Positions 63,312 through 64,000 of a stretch of 64,000 nt of DNA are shown piece after piece. Source of the DNA: Octopus sinensis (taxonomy: Eukaryota). The translations under genes were made by a program, and so were the position numbers. A model generated the notes under the pieces. That model was given only the letters and a program-made list of their open reading frames with translations, did no database searches and was not told the origin of the DNA. Numbering within the stretch: the stretch's first letter is position 1; the number at the start of each line of letters is the position of its first letter. The stretch lies in the NCBI RefSeq assembly GCF_006345805.1, contig NC_043009.1, positions 58,714,001-58,778,000 on the forward strand, in the 5' to 3' direction.

Positions 63312-63850
63312 ACACACATAGGATATATAGAAAGATAGAGAAAATAAGTGAAAGAGAAAGACAGAGAAATGTACCTGTGTGCGAGCATGTTGATATGTAT
63401 GTGTTTAGATCTGCATTTTAACTGCTCTTCATGCCGCATCCTCTTATGCCCCATTGCGGTTCGACAGTTAGGAATCGATATAATATGCAGCAGACTAAAG
63501 TTAGCACAGGTCGATGGAATCGATACATAGCGTTGCAGTTGGTATAACAACAAAGCGACAGTTCAAACCTGCGACCAATAAAAATATAAATCTATATAAA
63601 AGTGTGTGTTACCTTTATGCATCGATACACACATATATAGTTATATGTATGTGCGTGTATGCGTCTGTGTGTGTGTATGTGTGTGTGTGTGTGTGTGTGG
63701 TGTGTGTGTGTATGTATGTATACGTATATTCTTTTAGTCTTTTACTGGTTTCAGTCAGAGGTTGCGGCCGCGCTGGAATACGACATGTCAGTCATTTTGG
63801 GTCTATTTTCCGTACTTATATCACTATGTATCCATCCATGCGTCCATCTG

Positions 63851-63902
<52 letters not shown>

Positions 63903-64000
63903 CATCTATCATCTATCTATCTATCTATCAATTTATATACAAATATTTGTATATATTATTATGTATTTGTATATATATATATATATCTATATATATATAT

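Overview
This is 64 kb of very AT-rich, microsatellite-saturated animal genomic DNA with one 100-N scaffold gap (40603-40702). The repeat landscape looks like a coleoid cephalopod (Octopus-type) genome; that is an inference from SINE and microsatellite style, not a database match. No host protein-coding gene can be supported: nearly all ORF-track entries are translations of (TA)n, (CA)n, (ATT)n, (GAT)n or (CTT)n tracts. The window is a mosaic of at least five tRNA-head SINE families (labelled A-E here), decayed mariner and Tigger/pogo transposases, and RTE, R4/Dong and CR1/L2-type LINE remnants, plus MITEs, tandem duplications and a 374-bp-arm palindrome. Two things stand out. (1) A 2.25-kb element (29515-31769) splits a SINE head, has a 9-bp target-site duplication, and carries a single intact 404-aa gag/ORF1-like CCHC zinc-knuckle ORF with no reverse transcriptase, i.e. 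an ORF1-only, HAL1-like retroposon. (2) A tRNA-head SINE family carries a minimal type-I hammerhead-ribozyme motif near its 3' end on the sense strand (3146-3191, 13928-13973), and two more hammerhead-like motifs lie in unrelated repeats (54489-54571, 51817-51852).
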